Shown: positions 1 through 14,440 of the stretch, in pieces
Layout of the letters: each line of letters begins with the position of its first letter
Position numbering within the stretch: the first letter of the stretch is position 1
Source of the DNA: Eledone cirrhosa
Taxonomy: Eukaryota
Assembly: GCA_964016885.1 (NCBI GenBank)
Contig: OZ024740.1
Coordinates: forward strand, 357,616,001 to 357,680,000
Reading direction: 5' to 3'
DNA length: 64,000 bases
The notes under the pieces: model-generated
Told to the model about the DNA's origin: nothing
Databases searched by the model: none
What the model saw: only the letters and a program-made list of their open reading frames with translations
Position numbers and translations under genes: made by a program

Positions 1-890
1 GAAAAGAGCAAAGATTATTAAGCAACAAAAGAAAGAGAGAGGGGGAAGAAAAGGGGGTGATAGACACTACACCTATGTCAGAACGGTGTTTCGGCTACGC
101 CCCGCGGACAAAATGGCCAGGCATTTCTGCGAACAATGGCCAGGGACACCAGCTGCAACAGCCTCACCACCTCGCGGGGCTCCTTCCTCAGACGGGCTGC
201 TGTCATTCCGATTTTACAGAGGAAGTCAGCTGTACGGAGTTCAAAGATGCCTCAGGGCTCGACGGCGACTGGTGCAACGAGGAAGCAGTCGCTCAAGCCC
301 CAGTGTTTTCTCGTCTTCCTCTCCTCCGCATTACGGGCCGCGGTAACAAGGTTTGTAGCCGAAGCGACTAAGCTGGAGGCGGAGAATGTATCACAGCATA
401 CCGCTTCCCAGATGGAAGATTTACCTCCATCGAATGGGAAGAGGATAATTCTGTCGGGACGTTTGCCGTCTCCGCGATCGAGGCTTGTTGGCTCCAGTAG
501 TAACGGGAAGCCGGCTGCGTCTAGTATCCTTTTCATTATGTCGTTATGAGCGTCATGTCGGAGGAACTGGCCTGCACTCTGGCGGCATAATAAAGGGTGT
601 ATGGCGGACTCCATAACGGCATTTGTGTGACTCACACACACGGATGCCGACTTGGGCCACTTCGATGTGCGTGCACACGCCATCAAGAAGGGTACGGTTG
701 ATGAAGAGAGTACCAAATAGAGCCATGCGCCGCTGTTTGGCTGCGAAGCGGAACTGAGGCAGGCGACGCGGTATTGGTCCAAGCAAGACTCGATCCACCT
801 GAAGGTAGATATGCACTTGATGTCGTCCCAGTTACGCTGGATATTTGTATACTGGGGACGAAGAGGCCTTCGCCGGTCCAGTGGGCCATT
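1..890 (-). mobile_element. CRE-like non-LTR retrotransposon 3' end (restriction-like endonuclease domain), degraded
   Basis: H.L.C....RHD..ND, LEP..L.RGDGKRPD, AE.RK..K, PVAVE, SLAIVR.NA motifs and 3' UTR. Confidence 0.8.
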
Positions 891-1140
891 TAGAATACAG
901 AACAATATGCTATGTATAATATATTATACATAGCATTACATGTATTCAATATATATATATATATATATATAGTATTACGGGTACTATTTATGGTTATGTA
1001 TGCAATAAAACCTTTGATGGTAATATATTATATATACACAAACCCTAAATATTGAGAGATAGTCTTTAATTACTATCCTATTACCAGTAAGATAAATAGC
1101 TCAATGTAATAACATCAGTTGTTATACAGAGCAGTTATAT

Positions 1141-1751
1141 AGAGATTACAGTAATCAAAGTTCAGTTTAAGTCATTTATTTGCTTACAATTGTTTCCTCC
1201 AAACCGAGGTTTGGATTCTTCGGAGCAGTTATTTATAACATACTTGACCTCCTTTTCAACCCAAGAGACACATAAAACATATGTGCATATTGATCAACAG
1301 TGGGGTGACATTCATCAAATGAAATAGCATGGCAATTTACATATAAAGTGTTACATGATAAAAATAAAAATAAAAATAAAGTGTTACATGATAAAAATAA
1401 AAATTAAAATAAAGTGTTACATGATAAAAATAAAAATAAAATAAAATAAAATAAAATAAAATAAAATAAAATAAAAGCTTTTATTTTATTTTATTTTTAT
1501 TTTTATCATGTAACACTTTATTTTTATTTTTATTTTTATCATGTAACACTTTATATGTAAATTGCCATGCTATTTCATTTGATGAATGTCACCCCACTGT
1601 TGATCAATATGCACATATGTTTTATGTGTCTCTTGGGTTGAAAAGGAGGTCAAGTATGTTATAAATAACTCCTCCGAAGAATCCAAACCTCGGTTTGGAG
1701 GAAACAATTGTAAGCAAATAAATGACTTAAACTGAACTTTGATTACTGTAA

Positions 1752-1756
<5 letters not shown>
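1141..1756. repeat. Spacer-less long palindrome (fold-back)
   Basis: Arms 1141-1477 and 1478-1756 meet at AAG|CTT. The ~200-bp unique part differs at one position; the inner modules differ in copy number. Confidence 0.95.
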
Positions 1757-1795
<39 letters not shown>

Positions 1796-2090
1796 ACGTA
1801 TGTAGTATATTGATGTGTAATCGAAACAACACACGCCCACATTAGAATACATCGATTATATAGTCAAATCTTTAAACATTAAAAAAACCTATTTCATAAA
1901 ACTTAACGCATGTATGTATAAATGTATGCATGTGTGTGCGAGGGAATATATATGTGTGAATCAGTGCCGAAGGGTAACCTGGAAAGCAGAGCATGCAGTC
2001 CAATCACCATGGCGGAAAGTGAGGCTGTGCAGCCTTACCCCCCCCCCCCCCAATTCCCTCTAAATGACCCTCGCGGTCAAAGCCGTATCT

Positions 2091-2260
2091 TGTGTGTGTG
2101 TGTTATCTTTTTATGTGTCTACGATTTAGCAAGCAGCCAAAATTCTGCTTGCTTCAACCGACGCTGTCGTGTATGTGTGTGTTTGTGTTTGTGTGTGTGT
2201 GTTATCTTTTTATGTGTCTACGATTTAGCAAGCAGCCAAAATTCTGCTTGCTTCAACCGA
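2091..2260. repeat. Tandem duplication, 99-bp period
   Basis: Two identical ~70-nt blocks, each preceded by (TG)n. Confidence 0.9.
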
Positions 2261-2812
2261 GGCAATTGATCAACTCAAGATTCTATAACGCATGCACTGC
2301 ATGCGTTGCATGCACGCACCCTTCGCCCCTGGCGTGAATGTTTGTCTTTTTCTCTCAATTTCGTGTTTATTTTTGACCGGCCACATTCCCGGTGGCAAAT
2401 TTGTAAAGAAAAAGAAACTTCTGTCGTCCCTTGTGAAATCGTTGATTCTTTGAACCTTAAGCTTTTAAAGGTTCCAGATATTGTGGTCATTTATAACTTA
2501 TGAATTAAGGACCTGCGTTCCTTCTCCAAGAATCCAAGTTCAGTTATACATTAGTCCATGTATCCTTTTGCTACAATAATAATAGTTATGTGTCTGAACG
2601 TGTATTTGGGTACTAGATCTGCAAATTCCGTAGGTATTCTTCTTCAGTTTCTTACAAAACGTTCTTACTACACTGTCGTGGAGTGGGCAGCTGACCTCAA
2701 CAACAGATGTATGTATGTATTTAAGTTATTTTCCATCGGTACACAGCTGATCCATTCCTTTTAAATAGATTTCTCTAAATAAACATTTTAGAATAATACA
2801 TATATATTTATA

Positions 2813-2911
2813 CAGGATGTCCCCCAAAAATGTATACATACTTCGACGGCATTCTAATAAATATTGCCTGTACAGGTAATCAAAATGTGTATACATTTTT
2901 GGGACACCCTG
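2813..2911. mobile_element. Short Tc1/mariner-type MITE
   Basis: Imperfect ~30-bp TIRs caggatgtcccccaaaaatgtataca / tgtatacatttttgggacaccctg; TA on the left. Confidence 0.65.
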
Positions 2912-4128
2912 CATATATAAATGTGTGTGTGTGTGTGTTAACTTCCTCAAGTGTGTGGGGGAGTGTTTAGATGTCTTTAGATGTGTATACAAATAATTGA
3001 ATATTCACAAATCAAAGTACATCACCCTACAAATAACCAATATATATGTGTGTGTGTGTACGAGGGTTGATTGAAAAGTTCATATGCTGACCAAAACATA
3101 TCTAGAAACGAGTTTAAATACTTAGCCTGTTTGACACAAAGGATTTAGCGACATCTCCATTGCCCCTCCGTGTGTATGTTTAAAAGCACTAATTTAATAT
3201 AGTGCATTCTCTCCATTACCTATATTGATGCTGATATAAATTGATTTGCGTTTGTGATTATACTTTTATCAGTAAATACAATGTAGAATACCTTTTTCAT
3301 GGATGTGCATTTTGTGAATAATAGCGATATTCCATATATTTTTATTGATAATATCCTATTGTCATGAGAAAATTTGGGAGGTTTAAACGAACAGATAACT
3401 TCATTACATCATCATTTAATCTCCGTTTTCCCTGTTTGCAAGGGTTATATGGGTCATCACGGACCAAGTCAGTATTTATTCGGAGCCACTGATCTCTCAT
3501 GTCGGCCATCTTGAGTACATTTTAGCATGACACCAGACTAGAGAGGTTGTTATGTCTTTGATACAGTTAAAGAGTCATCTCTATCCTTTTCGGCGAAAGT
3601 TTCCCAATGGATGGATGCCCTCCCTTTCCACAACCATTCGACAGAGTGTACTGTCTATATATTTTGTCATGTCTCCAACACTAGAGAGTCCTCACAACTC
3701 TTATTTCGTGTGGTTTCTACAGGTGAACGCCCTTCCTAGGTGGATTGGTGCATTTTTCATGGCACCAGCGCGAGGGAGGTTGCCATGTCGTGACTGAAAG
3801 CTCTTCTCCGCCCATTTTTTAGCATGTCTACCTAATATAGATAGTTGAAGCTGACACTATACCATAACTTTACTGCATAAATACCATGTTTAACAGTAGC
3901 TGTAGCATTATATATGTGAACCGATTATCGCGTTGAAATTAATGGAGTTGCTTCGAAGAACAAAACAAATCTTGCTTTACGCTGTAGTGAATCGTAAAAT
4001 GGATGGATAAAATATGAGTGTGTATAAGGCCAATTCAGAGTCCTGTTATTTGAGGTTTCGTTGGCCTTAATAAAATCAATATTGATTTATGCTGTGGTAT
4101 TGAGTACTCATTCTCGAGACCGTCAATA

Positions 4129-4772
4129 TCTATATATATATAAAGTTGTAGTTCCTGTCTGTTTGTTTGTTTGTTTGTTCACGAACTCCTCCTATGGTGT
4201 TGGAGATAGACCCCCATAACTATATATATTCTGAAACTACATTGCCCAGAGTACTTGGATAAGTATATTTCATTTTAATCAATCCCGGGGACACACACCG
4301 GCTGAAAATCTTTTCCCTTCGATTTATATGAAATTTAAACCATAGGTAAATGACAAGATAGTATGCCTATTCACAAAATTTCAGCAAATTTCAATAATAT
4401 TAAGACACCCTAATGGGGGTTAAACCCCCTATAGTGAAAATTTTGGAAGCCTATAACTTGAATATTGGAACTTTGAATTTCTAATTTGAAAATAATGCTT
4501 TACACAAATATGAAATGATCAAGTTTTGAACTGATTATTTGAAAAATATTATTTACAAGAAACAAAATAAGGATAAGATTTAATAATGTAATTTTGATTT
4601 GATATATTACAAAAAGTATTGTTTTCCAATTTTTCATGCATTACATTTTACATTGAGTAATATTGAAATGCAGAGTTTTTCTCCATAAATGATATCACTA
4701 ATTTAAAATCAATCATCATTTTCTTACAAAAAAAATGTGTGAAACGCAGCAACGCGCGGGTAATTTGGCTAG
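4129..4772 (+). mobile_element. Non-autonomous Helitron, copy 1
   Basis: a|TCTATATATA start, (GTTT)n microsatellite, GC-rich subterminus, CTAG|t end; homologous to 26143-27301. Confidence 0.75.
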
Positions 4773-5035
4773 TGTATATATATATATATAGAGAGAGAGA
4801 GAGAAATAGCCGTCGAAACGGCTTGAGTTCTGCCGTCGGGGTCATACTTTTTCATATATATATATATATGACAGAATAGAATTCTTTTAAATCATTATAT
4901 ATGCTGTGTGTCCTAGCACTCTTCTATTTTTTCATAATATAACCTCTCATCTGAATTTCGGTTTCTTAACACATTGAACTTGAAACTATTATTGCTTGAC
5001 AGTATTAACTCTTCAGATTCACTCCTCATAACTCT

Positions 5036-5036
5036 G

Positions 5037-5112
<76 letters not shown>
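5036..5112. repeat. (CT)n(AT)n microsatellite, one of many
   Basis: Direct reading. Other long (TA)n tracts near 20667, 41674, 49842, 50027, 53805, 59207 and 60160. Confidence 0.95.
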
Positions 5113-5115
<3 letters not shown>

Positions 5116-5269
5116 AGGAAAAGGACGAATTGTTATGCCTTCATTACATTTATTGAGTAGTGAGGCGCGTTTCACTATTGATCAGCTCAAGGTTCGATCT
5201 GGGACGCCTGAGTCAGTAACTCTTTTACTCCCTCCCACATCATGGATGGCACATAAATGTGAGGGTCAC

Positions 5270-5520
5270 TGCTTCCGTTGCCGAACGGAATAAAATTCGA
5301 AAATACCGGGAACTATCAAACAATTATTTTTTCCATCCTGTGATATTCGAGACGTTTAATGGAGTCGGGTCATTGCCATCGAAATTCTTGTCATCTTTGG
5401 CGGCTCGTGTCAGGTGATGCCCGTGAGGGTGCCTAGTTGTTACAGCGCCTTAGCCTCACCATCATCCGTGATGATTCTGCGTGCTTATTGGCTTGCCGCA
5501 AACATTTCTGTTGGCCCTTG
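5270..5520 (+). mobile_element. Older CRE-like RLE 3' fragment
   Basis: FHPVIFETF..VG....KFL..LA.RV and LQRLSLTIIR motifs with frameshifts. Confidence 0.55.
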
Positions 5521-8500
5521 TGATGTGTGGCCGATTGTCGCACTTGGTGGTGAATTGATGGTCGTTTTTGTTTTCCCTTTGTTTTTCTTACTCTCGCTCT
5601 GGTCGTATATTTGGTGCGCTATATTTGTGAATTCCTAGCAATAGTTGATTGTATTTATATGTTTATATTTGTGTTTTAAATTTTCATTCTGAAAGAATTG
5701 TGATCAATGTGTAATGTTATTTATACAACTGTGAATAAAATGTAATATGATCTTTAACACGCACAGGGCGAGAGGAGATATATATATATATATCTTTTAG
5801 GTAGACACTTTAAGAGATCATTCGTGTTTATTGCCGAAATCCTGAAATGATTTATTTCGGCGCTTTGCTGTGTAGGTCATCTCTGTCGCCATCTATGTTT
5901 GTATTGTATAATTAAATATATGCAATTTACATTTGATGTGTAGGAGGTTATGCGAATAGACAGATAAATAGGTGGATAAACATATACCTACATACATTAT
6001 TGGCCTGTTTAGAGCCAAGCCTCTATTTCAGGATGACTTAACTTGCTAATTGACCCACACCCAAAATAGTCAACATGAAAATGTTCAACTCTGTTGTGAT
6101 TTGCCAGTTTCAAGTGTTCTCACACTGTTTTATTTATTTTTACAAAACGCGAGGTTTTCTTTTGTCTCGTTTGCTAAATTTATTGTTGCTCACAAAATTA
6201 TGAATCGAGACTTTCGTTCGTTTTTCTTTCTCCTCATTGTGTTGATCCGATTTATAAATAACCCCAATTGTGACAACTGTGGTAAGAAGCGATAAACTCT
6301 CAGTGAATCGACTCTTAAAATTCGGGTTTTCACATCACAATTGAAACCATTCTGCAATAATTATATCGCTAATAGATTTTATTAATGTTGTTAACTCGAG
6401 GTTGGCCCTCAACGAACAGAACTGTGCTCAGGATGAGTCTAGCCGCGACCATTCATACTTTCTTTTTCTGTGTATATAATCCAATGTGCCCTTCCTATTT
6501 TATGATGATATGTTATGATATGAGGCATTTAACTGTTACTTCTTGCAATCGAGCAACCATATAGAGTCTATGTCTTTGGCTCATATTGTTAATTATTCTT
6601 GTGAATAGTGCAAACGTCATATAATTTCATATAGACTTTTGAGAATGTCTGCTTTAGCTAGAAATTATTTAAAGAGCCGGGTTAAATTACCTTCGAAAAT
6701 TTGGCTATCTTTAATCCGCCGGGGTTATTGTTGTTGTTTAGCCCCAAGTCAGCTTTTATCGAGCAGACTCGGAGTATTGCAGGAATTAAGATCGGGTGAA
6801 TGACAAACCGCAGTGCAGGATTTAGTTTCGTTGCTTTACATACTGAGCTCAAGTATCAAATACTGGGTGATGGCTTGGTGGAATTTTTTAGAGCGTCGGA
6901 TAAGACGTTTTTGTAATATCTATATTAGTTCTTTAATGCCAAGATGTCTCGGTCATTGGTTTTGCTTTGACGTGATGAGGGAAGACTTGTATGTATGAAT
7001 AGCTGCTCGTCTTCTTCTCACACACAACAACAAAAAATACTTGTTCAGGCCTGCACATTGGAAAGAAACGTCTCAGTTGCAAATCCATATTTTTACACGG
7101 AGACCTTCGATTTTATTCGTCGATAATTTACACACTAATCTGTTTCGCACATATACACTTGAGTGAGTGAGTGCGTGCATGCGTGTCTTTGCGTGGTATA
7201 ATGAATGTCAGTGTGGATATCAATGATGAGTTAATTATTTAGTGGTGATCAGGTGTATCAGTCCACAGAAATGAGATTTGTTTTCGAGAAGCAAGAATCG
7301 ACTCTTCGAGTGACGTTTGTAACGTTCCTAAGCGTGTTAGCGATCTGAAAGCAGCAAAAGTGGTATAAACTGCAATAGAAGCCGCCTCGCAGATTCAAAT
7401 CGTTTCTTCGCGTGTATGAATATTGCACTAAAGTAGACCTGTTTTTATAATGTATAAGCAATATCTAAGATGCGGACTTCCAAAGGCCCTTAATACCTGA
7501 TGGGGTCGTGGGAGCATCGACGTTACATGTGGTGTCTCTTCAGCAAGCCTAGCGGAGCCCATCACTCGCCAAGTCGGAACGCAACCAATGTTTTCCACAG
7601 AGAGAGAAAGAGAGAAAGAAAGAAAGAAGCAATCCCAGTATTGAGCAGGCATTATAATTATTGACCTCGAAAGGCAAAGTTTGTTTCGGCGGAATTTGAG
7701 CATAGAGAACCGAAACAAATATGGCAAAGCATTCTACCCGACATTCTAATGACTTTTTTCTCTCTGTCTCTCTCTCTTTCAACATATTGATACATTCATC
7801 TGGGTAAGGTTGCAAGTCCTTTAGTTGATTGCTCCTTTTATCCATCGTGATCAAAGGCAATGTTGACCATGGCGAGATTTCAACTTGTCAATGTCTGTAA
7901 CTTAGTACTGAACGGTATTTTTGTCCGACGACCAACATATGAATAATATTTTTTGGATTCTAAAAGAAATTGTAAAACTTAGCGATGTTTATAAGAAAAA
8001 ACATTATTTATTAGCTGCAGATTTCTAGTTTTAAAAAAATCTCATGGGTGTAATAACTATATTAAACGTATGCCCCAAATTCTTCAATGCGAATAAAGCA
8101 TATTTTAATGCAACTACATTTATATGAAGATTAGATCTTCAATAAACAAAACAGAAAATTAATATAATACATTGTAAATATCATAAATATTTCATACTGA
8201 TAAGACGTTAGACAACACTTCAGAATATTATCTTTAAAATCAAGGTGAACAAATGCAGCTCTGTCAAAAAAAATGTTGAATGCTATGCTTTCTCAATATA
8301 ATAAACCAATTTATCTATCATTTACATGCACACCATATGAATTTCAGGCGGTGAATTGGCAGAGTCGTTAGAACGTCGGCTAGAATGCTTTATGGTATTC
8401 GTTCCGGCTCTCTCCTCTCGGAGTTCAAATCGCGCCGGGGTCGATTCTTCCTCTATATCTCTTTCACATTTCCTTTCTCTCGCTTTTCATTTTTCTCTTG

Positions 8501-11500
8501 AAGAAATCTGCTGTAGAGAGTGATGGGCTCTGCCAGGCCTAAAATGCCCAAGAAACGCCGTATGTCAGTACGGCGCCCCTACTACTCTATCAGGAGTTAC
8601 GGGAACATACCATACCATATGAATTTCATGTTTTATGCTTGTTCACTGCGGGACACTATAAATACATAAATTGAGAGTTGTCCTTCAACCTTTTTGATAG
8701 CAACTCATCCAAACCTTCCACTTGCTGTATACTGATGGTTCCTATTTAAATTTAAATCTTCCAACATAATTTTATATAAAACTCTTTGTGCTCTGTAACA
8801 AATACCAACTTAATAATTTAAATAATTTTAATAAATTCCCCACATTTTTCATTGATTAATTCAAATACTGTGTATTTTATCAGAAATATGGGAGCGAAAC
8901 TGTTAAATCATAAACACTCAGTCTATTCTATGAACTTAGAATACCAAAAAGCTTTTGATGTTATGCGATTTTGAACAAAGCAATGTATTTTTGCTTCATT
9001 CTACATACCCACATCCAAACGAAACACTAATATGGTCTTTGCTGTTCTTTATGGATATCATGTACGATGTTAAAAATGTTCATAAAAAGTATACAGCCAA
9101 TACGTTAAAATGGTTTAATCGGCTGATACATTTATTTATTTATTTATTTTTTAGTTTTAATAGCATATCAAGGGCGGATGAGTGTACAAATCTTAATAAA
9201 CGCGGTATTCATTTGAGGAGCAGCGGTGCATATGTAAGTTATAGTCGACATAAGAAAAGAAGAAAATTGCATGAATTTTTCTTCTTTGGGAGACATCACA
9301 GCAGAAAATATACCTGCTATTAAAGAACAACTCTTGACGTTCAAAGATGATTAAGTGACCCATAGTTTTCTAATTATTTGTTTCATCTCGCTTTGTCACG
9401 ATTAATCATTATCTACAGTTTAAGAGGTCCACATTTAACTATATTTCCTTTGCTGAATATAATTACTTTATCATTTCAAAGTAATTTTTTAAGTATAATT
9501 TGAAGAAAATACCAAGTAAAAAAAAAAGGAAAAGATGAAAACATTCACATAATGTTAATAAATACTCTGGTTTAGCTTGGAAGTAAAATGATGAGACGAG
9601 AATGTATTTATGCAGTTGTTCGACGCGCCAGAAATAACAGCCATATCTCTCCCAAACGACATCTTAAAAATGAATGACACATTGAATAATTTGGTCTTGT
9701 GTTTAGTACCTAGGGAAAATATGTGATGGGAAATGCTGGAATACTTTTCATCACAGATCCATTCGATTGAGGCTGACCTAGAGATAACAAAGAACAATAA
9801 ACATTGTTCATCTTTTAGATTTTTTCTTCATTTTGTACACGAAAGAAAACGTTTTTTGTTTTTTTTTCACTGCTCTATCCATTATGCTATAGAATTCCAT
9901 TCTATGACGTAATGGATAGCTTTGGAGAAAGTGGTTTACTAGATCCTCCCAGACTAGTTAAATCGGCATGGTTAACAGTTACAAGTCAACAGCTACGAAA
10001 TAAACTTTTGCAGAGTGGGATTTCCAAGGAATTGACGTTCTGCGGAGGTAAAACAGATCGTGGGTGTGGGTAGACTCTAGATTTAGGGTGAAAGCGAACA
10101 CAATATACGTGACGGTAAAAGGAAAGAAACGAGGATCACTGCGTGGAGATGGCATGAGACTAGTCAACACTGAGTATCAGGGGTCCCAGTAGTAGCGGAA
10201 AAGGCATAAAGATGAGACAGTATGTCTATGATTAGGGGCTGGAGTGTGTTGGTGAACGATTTAATTCCAAGCAGGCAACTGACCTTTCTTTGGATCGAGT
10301 CTAGGATACATGTGTGTGTGTGTATCAGCAACACTATCCTAGATATGAGAACAGTACTTGTGTGGATCACACCTGGGCTTTGTAGAAGGTTAAAAGTGTC
10401 ACCAATTTGTCACAAGGTAACCCAGAGCCTCTGATAGTACTCATTTTTTTCAGATGAATGAACTGAAGCAACATGAATTAATGTACTGTGTTCAAGGTCA
10501 CAACGCGCCACCCACTCCAAATATAGAACCCATTACCAACGATCTTGAGAACTCCTAACTACCAGGCTGCATGGCTTGTGCTACATACTAACCAATTTAA
10601 TTGAAAAAATAAAAATTCACTTGTCCTTGACTATGAACGATTATTGCGAGGATGAAACGTGACTATGAAAGGTAACAACGATAGTGACACAGTTGAAGAA
10701 TCAATGAGTTACGCTCTACTTACTGACAATAATCTGGAAAGGACTGGATAATTAATATGTGGATAAAACAGAACTGAAATCGAGGTGGTAGTGATGATGT
10801 CGTCATCGTTGTTGTTGTGATGGGAGGGTAGTAGTGTTGGAGAAAGAGGGGAAGAAGGATAGTTGATAATTGGTTGGCTTGTGGAGGTGTTTAAGTGGTG
10901 GTATTTAATCCAAAGTCAATCCTTACCGAACAGGCATATGATCAGATACATTCCTCCTGTGGCTATCACGACTTTTTAAGGCCATTTAGGACTACATTAT
11001 TGAATGTATTTTTCTTCTTTTTTTTAATGACTGAAGAGTTTTATTAGATTTTGTCACCGTTCCTAACATGTCGAGCGGCCACAGTGGCTTTTAATTGTGT
11101 TAGTTGACGGAAGGTGAAAATTGTTGATGTTTGATGTAATGGTGAATGATGTAGGGTAGTTTATAGAATGTCCAGGGTGGCTGGGGCTGGTGGAGAAATA
11201 TTTAAAATCCTTTGTTTTTTTTGCTGGAATTAAAAACATAACTACGAGTTAACTACTGGAGACGATTTGATCGACTATACTCCTCTCCCAAAATGTATGA
11301 CTTCGTTCCAATGTTAGAAATCAATAGAATACTGGTACTTCTTTTATCGATCTAGTATAAGCGTGTTATGGTTTGGTTATTAAATATACACGACTAAACT
11401 AATCATTAGCTTCCGTTCAACACCAGAGAAAGGCAAATTTGAATCGATCCTAAAGTCGTATTGTCATTTAAGTGAGTAAATGTGACATGTGGTACGAAAC

Positions 11501-14300
11501 AAATATGAAACAAACAACAAAATTATCCAATAAAATATATAATTTATATAACATCACTTGGTCCGTGAATAAGGGAGGTATGTAAATTCGTGAAGCGTTC
11601 TACATTTTTAGTATTCTCGTCCCACCAGTAGATAATTCTATAGACTGTATAGACTTAAGCATATGGTCTAGATCTCTTAAAAACCCATAAAAAAAATAAA
11701 GATAACAAACAAACGAGGGCGGTGCCCCAGCATTGCCTCAGTCGGATGGCTGGAACAGGTAAAAGAGTAAACAAATTATTTATTTCAGAAAGTGCTCTGA
11801 CTGATGAGAAGTAATTCAGTTTTTTCATCTATCGTTATTCTTGTTATTAAGTCTCCAATCTGCATAGGTTTAGTCAACATCTATGAGGTTAAATCCAATA
11901 TGAGATTTCTTTGGCGTTTAAATATATAGTGACTCCAATCCTATCATTATGTCACCATTTTCCAGAACATACACTTCATAACATACCGTTCGACGCTCTA
12001 ACGATTCTACCAATTCACTACCATGAACGGGTACTTTATTTATTGACCCAAAATTGTTGATAAAGTTGACCTCGGTTAGATTTGAACTTTGAGCACAGAC
12101 AGTCGAGAAAAATATCGCAACATAACCGAAGCTCTAAAAACTCTGCCAGGTCGTCACTTCTTACATTATTGGCCTTAGGTAGTTCTTGATTTGTATAAGA
12201 GCAGAGAACTATTTATCTCCAGTACAACTAGATACCGTCTTGCATATCTACATTCGAAGGGAAGTATTACGTTGGGAAGAACTAAAACGATGTTGTTTGA
12301 CACAATCTTCTTAAACATAAAATTAAAAATATCTCGTATCAATACTAACTACATTTACATTAGGTCCGTATACTCTTTGAACTGAATCAATTCATTTTTG
12401 AGATTGGCTTCAAAATCCTTAGGATAGCAAGAAATCAGACGATGAGTAGCCTTTTGCAATTATTCATTTTCAATTACAAGAGACTTGCCAAGAATTAATA
12501 CATTATTTTTAGTTCTGAGTAAACATCCTGTGTTTACTCAAGGCAGTACACAGCTGATCAATGAAAGGTAGTAGAGCGTTGATGCGGCACTATGCACGAT
12601 CTAAGATTAACAGGGCTGACAGCAGGCATCATAAAACTTCGTTTTCGTAATACGCTTACGCTTTCGAATTATTTCTTTTTGTAAATTGGTGTGGTAGCTT
12701 TCAGAATGACATTTTTCTAAAATTGGTGCAATAATTTGAGAAAATAAATTGGTGAAAATTTTTCAATCGGGTACAGAATTTTATTATTGCATTCAAATCC
12801 AGTGTTGAACTTTGTATACTTATAGTTGTTTGGTGGAAATGTTGTAGGAACTTTGAACAGACAATCAGTAGAAAATTTGTCTCTAAATTTTCCAGTTTTT
12901 CAGCAAGAGAATTTACATTACGGTACGCATATGCTTCTTCTATGGATCGTCGGTTAATTTCTCCAAACGCTTATGAATCTCAGCGTATCCTTGATAGAAA
13001 GCTGGAAAGATATGCAAACTACCGTGTGTCTGACAGACGTTTGTGTACAAGCAGTTGTTCGCTTCATTTCTTCACAAGCAATCTCCAAGTATATGTAAAG
13101 GCTTTGAAAATATATAAGAAGTTGTATGCAATCAAAGAAATAGGCATTTGAGGTTGATTTAATCAACATTGCCCTTCCAAACATTTACTGGCTTTGTATC
13201 TAAATCAGAAATCAATGCGTCAAAATATTAATATATATTTTGATATTTTATGGAGTTAAAAGCCATTAAGTAAATTTTATTTAATGTCTTTGTTAAAAGA
13301 TATTTAATTTAAGAATGAAACAAAAGTTTGTAGCGTTTGTTCAGAACTTTAGCAGGATAGATGCCATTAAAATTTTTAAAGGAATACCCATTGTTATGAA
13401 ATATCAATAAGCTTAATGCCCCTTTATTTTCAATGCATATTGACAGAGATAGAGTTAATGTCCATCTCTTTAGATTTAGATTTGTAGAACGTTAAATAAC
13501 AATTCTGAAGAATACGAATTTTGTGTTATTGCTGTCAGGTAACTTTTATCAGAAATGGGCCAGGTATTTAGTCAATATTCTCCCCTTCTCTTTTTGTAAA
13601 GGAAATTAATCATTGGTATTATTTCATCGATTCCCTTTCAACAAGTTTATTGAAACAGTATGAAACAAATTATCATTTTCTAATCCGTATGAAACTAATG
13701 TCCATGTAATAAAATAGTTTATTGCTGTTGTTGGTTAACCCCTAGACAGCCCTAATTGAACAGAACAATACTCAAATGTCTTATTGTGATCGTACTGTTT
13801 ATTTTTCAAGAATAGTATACCTCAGATTTCATCATCCAATATACCCTGGAGTTGTGACTTCAAAAATATTTAGCTGCTATTCCTAGTAAGTCGTAGGGGC
13901 CTTTTAGCCTCGTAGTGTATGAATAATTGTTTCTACTTTAGGCACAAGGCCAGCAATTACCCAGTGCATTACTGGTACTTTATTTTATCGACCCCGTAAG
14001 GATGAAAGACAAAGTCAACCTCGGCGGGATTTGAACTCAGATTGTAAAGGGACGTAACTATGCTGGAAAGCATGGCGTCCGACCCTCTACCGATACTGCC
14101 AATCCTGAATAATGTGCACCCATTTGGTTTTTACAATAACAGTGAAGTGAAACATTATTGCGTTGCATATCATATTGGCTTTGTATCTGAAAAATAAATC
14201 AATATCTAGTTTTGTATTTAAGTTCAAATTCCGCCAGGGTCGTTTTTTTTGTTGTTGTTTTTTTTGTATTTTATCCTTTTGAGATCGATAAAATAAGTTT

Positions 14301-14440
14301 CGGTAATGCCTTTGCCATTTTGTCCGCGGAGTGCAGACGAAACACTGTTCTGACTTAGGTGTAGAATCTGTCACCTTCTCCCCTTTTCTTTCTTTCGTTG
14401 CTTAATAATCCTTACCCTTTCCCTCCTCTTCCTCTCATAG
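14301..14440 (+). mobile_element. Short 3' end copy of the CRE-like element at 1-890
   Basis: gccattttgtccgcgg...gaaacactgttctgacttaggtgtag...ttgcttaataatc matches the reverse complement of ~10-125. Confidence 0.8.

Noticed and set aside
57-549. Overlapping + strand ORFs
   Set aside because: Antisense shadows of the GC-rich CRE-like fragment.
8955-9323. 122-aa ORF and similar short AT-rich ORFs throughout the window
   Set aside because: Low-complexity composition, no motifs, and often non-ATG starts.
11801-11830. CTGATGA hits here and at ~19868, ~37923 and ~39814
   Set aside because: No stem II followed by GAAA.
12250-12315. RWEELKRCCL, resembling the calpain N-terminal helix
   Set aside because: Stop codon follows shortly; no FxDPxFP motif and no suitable splice sites.
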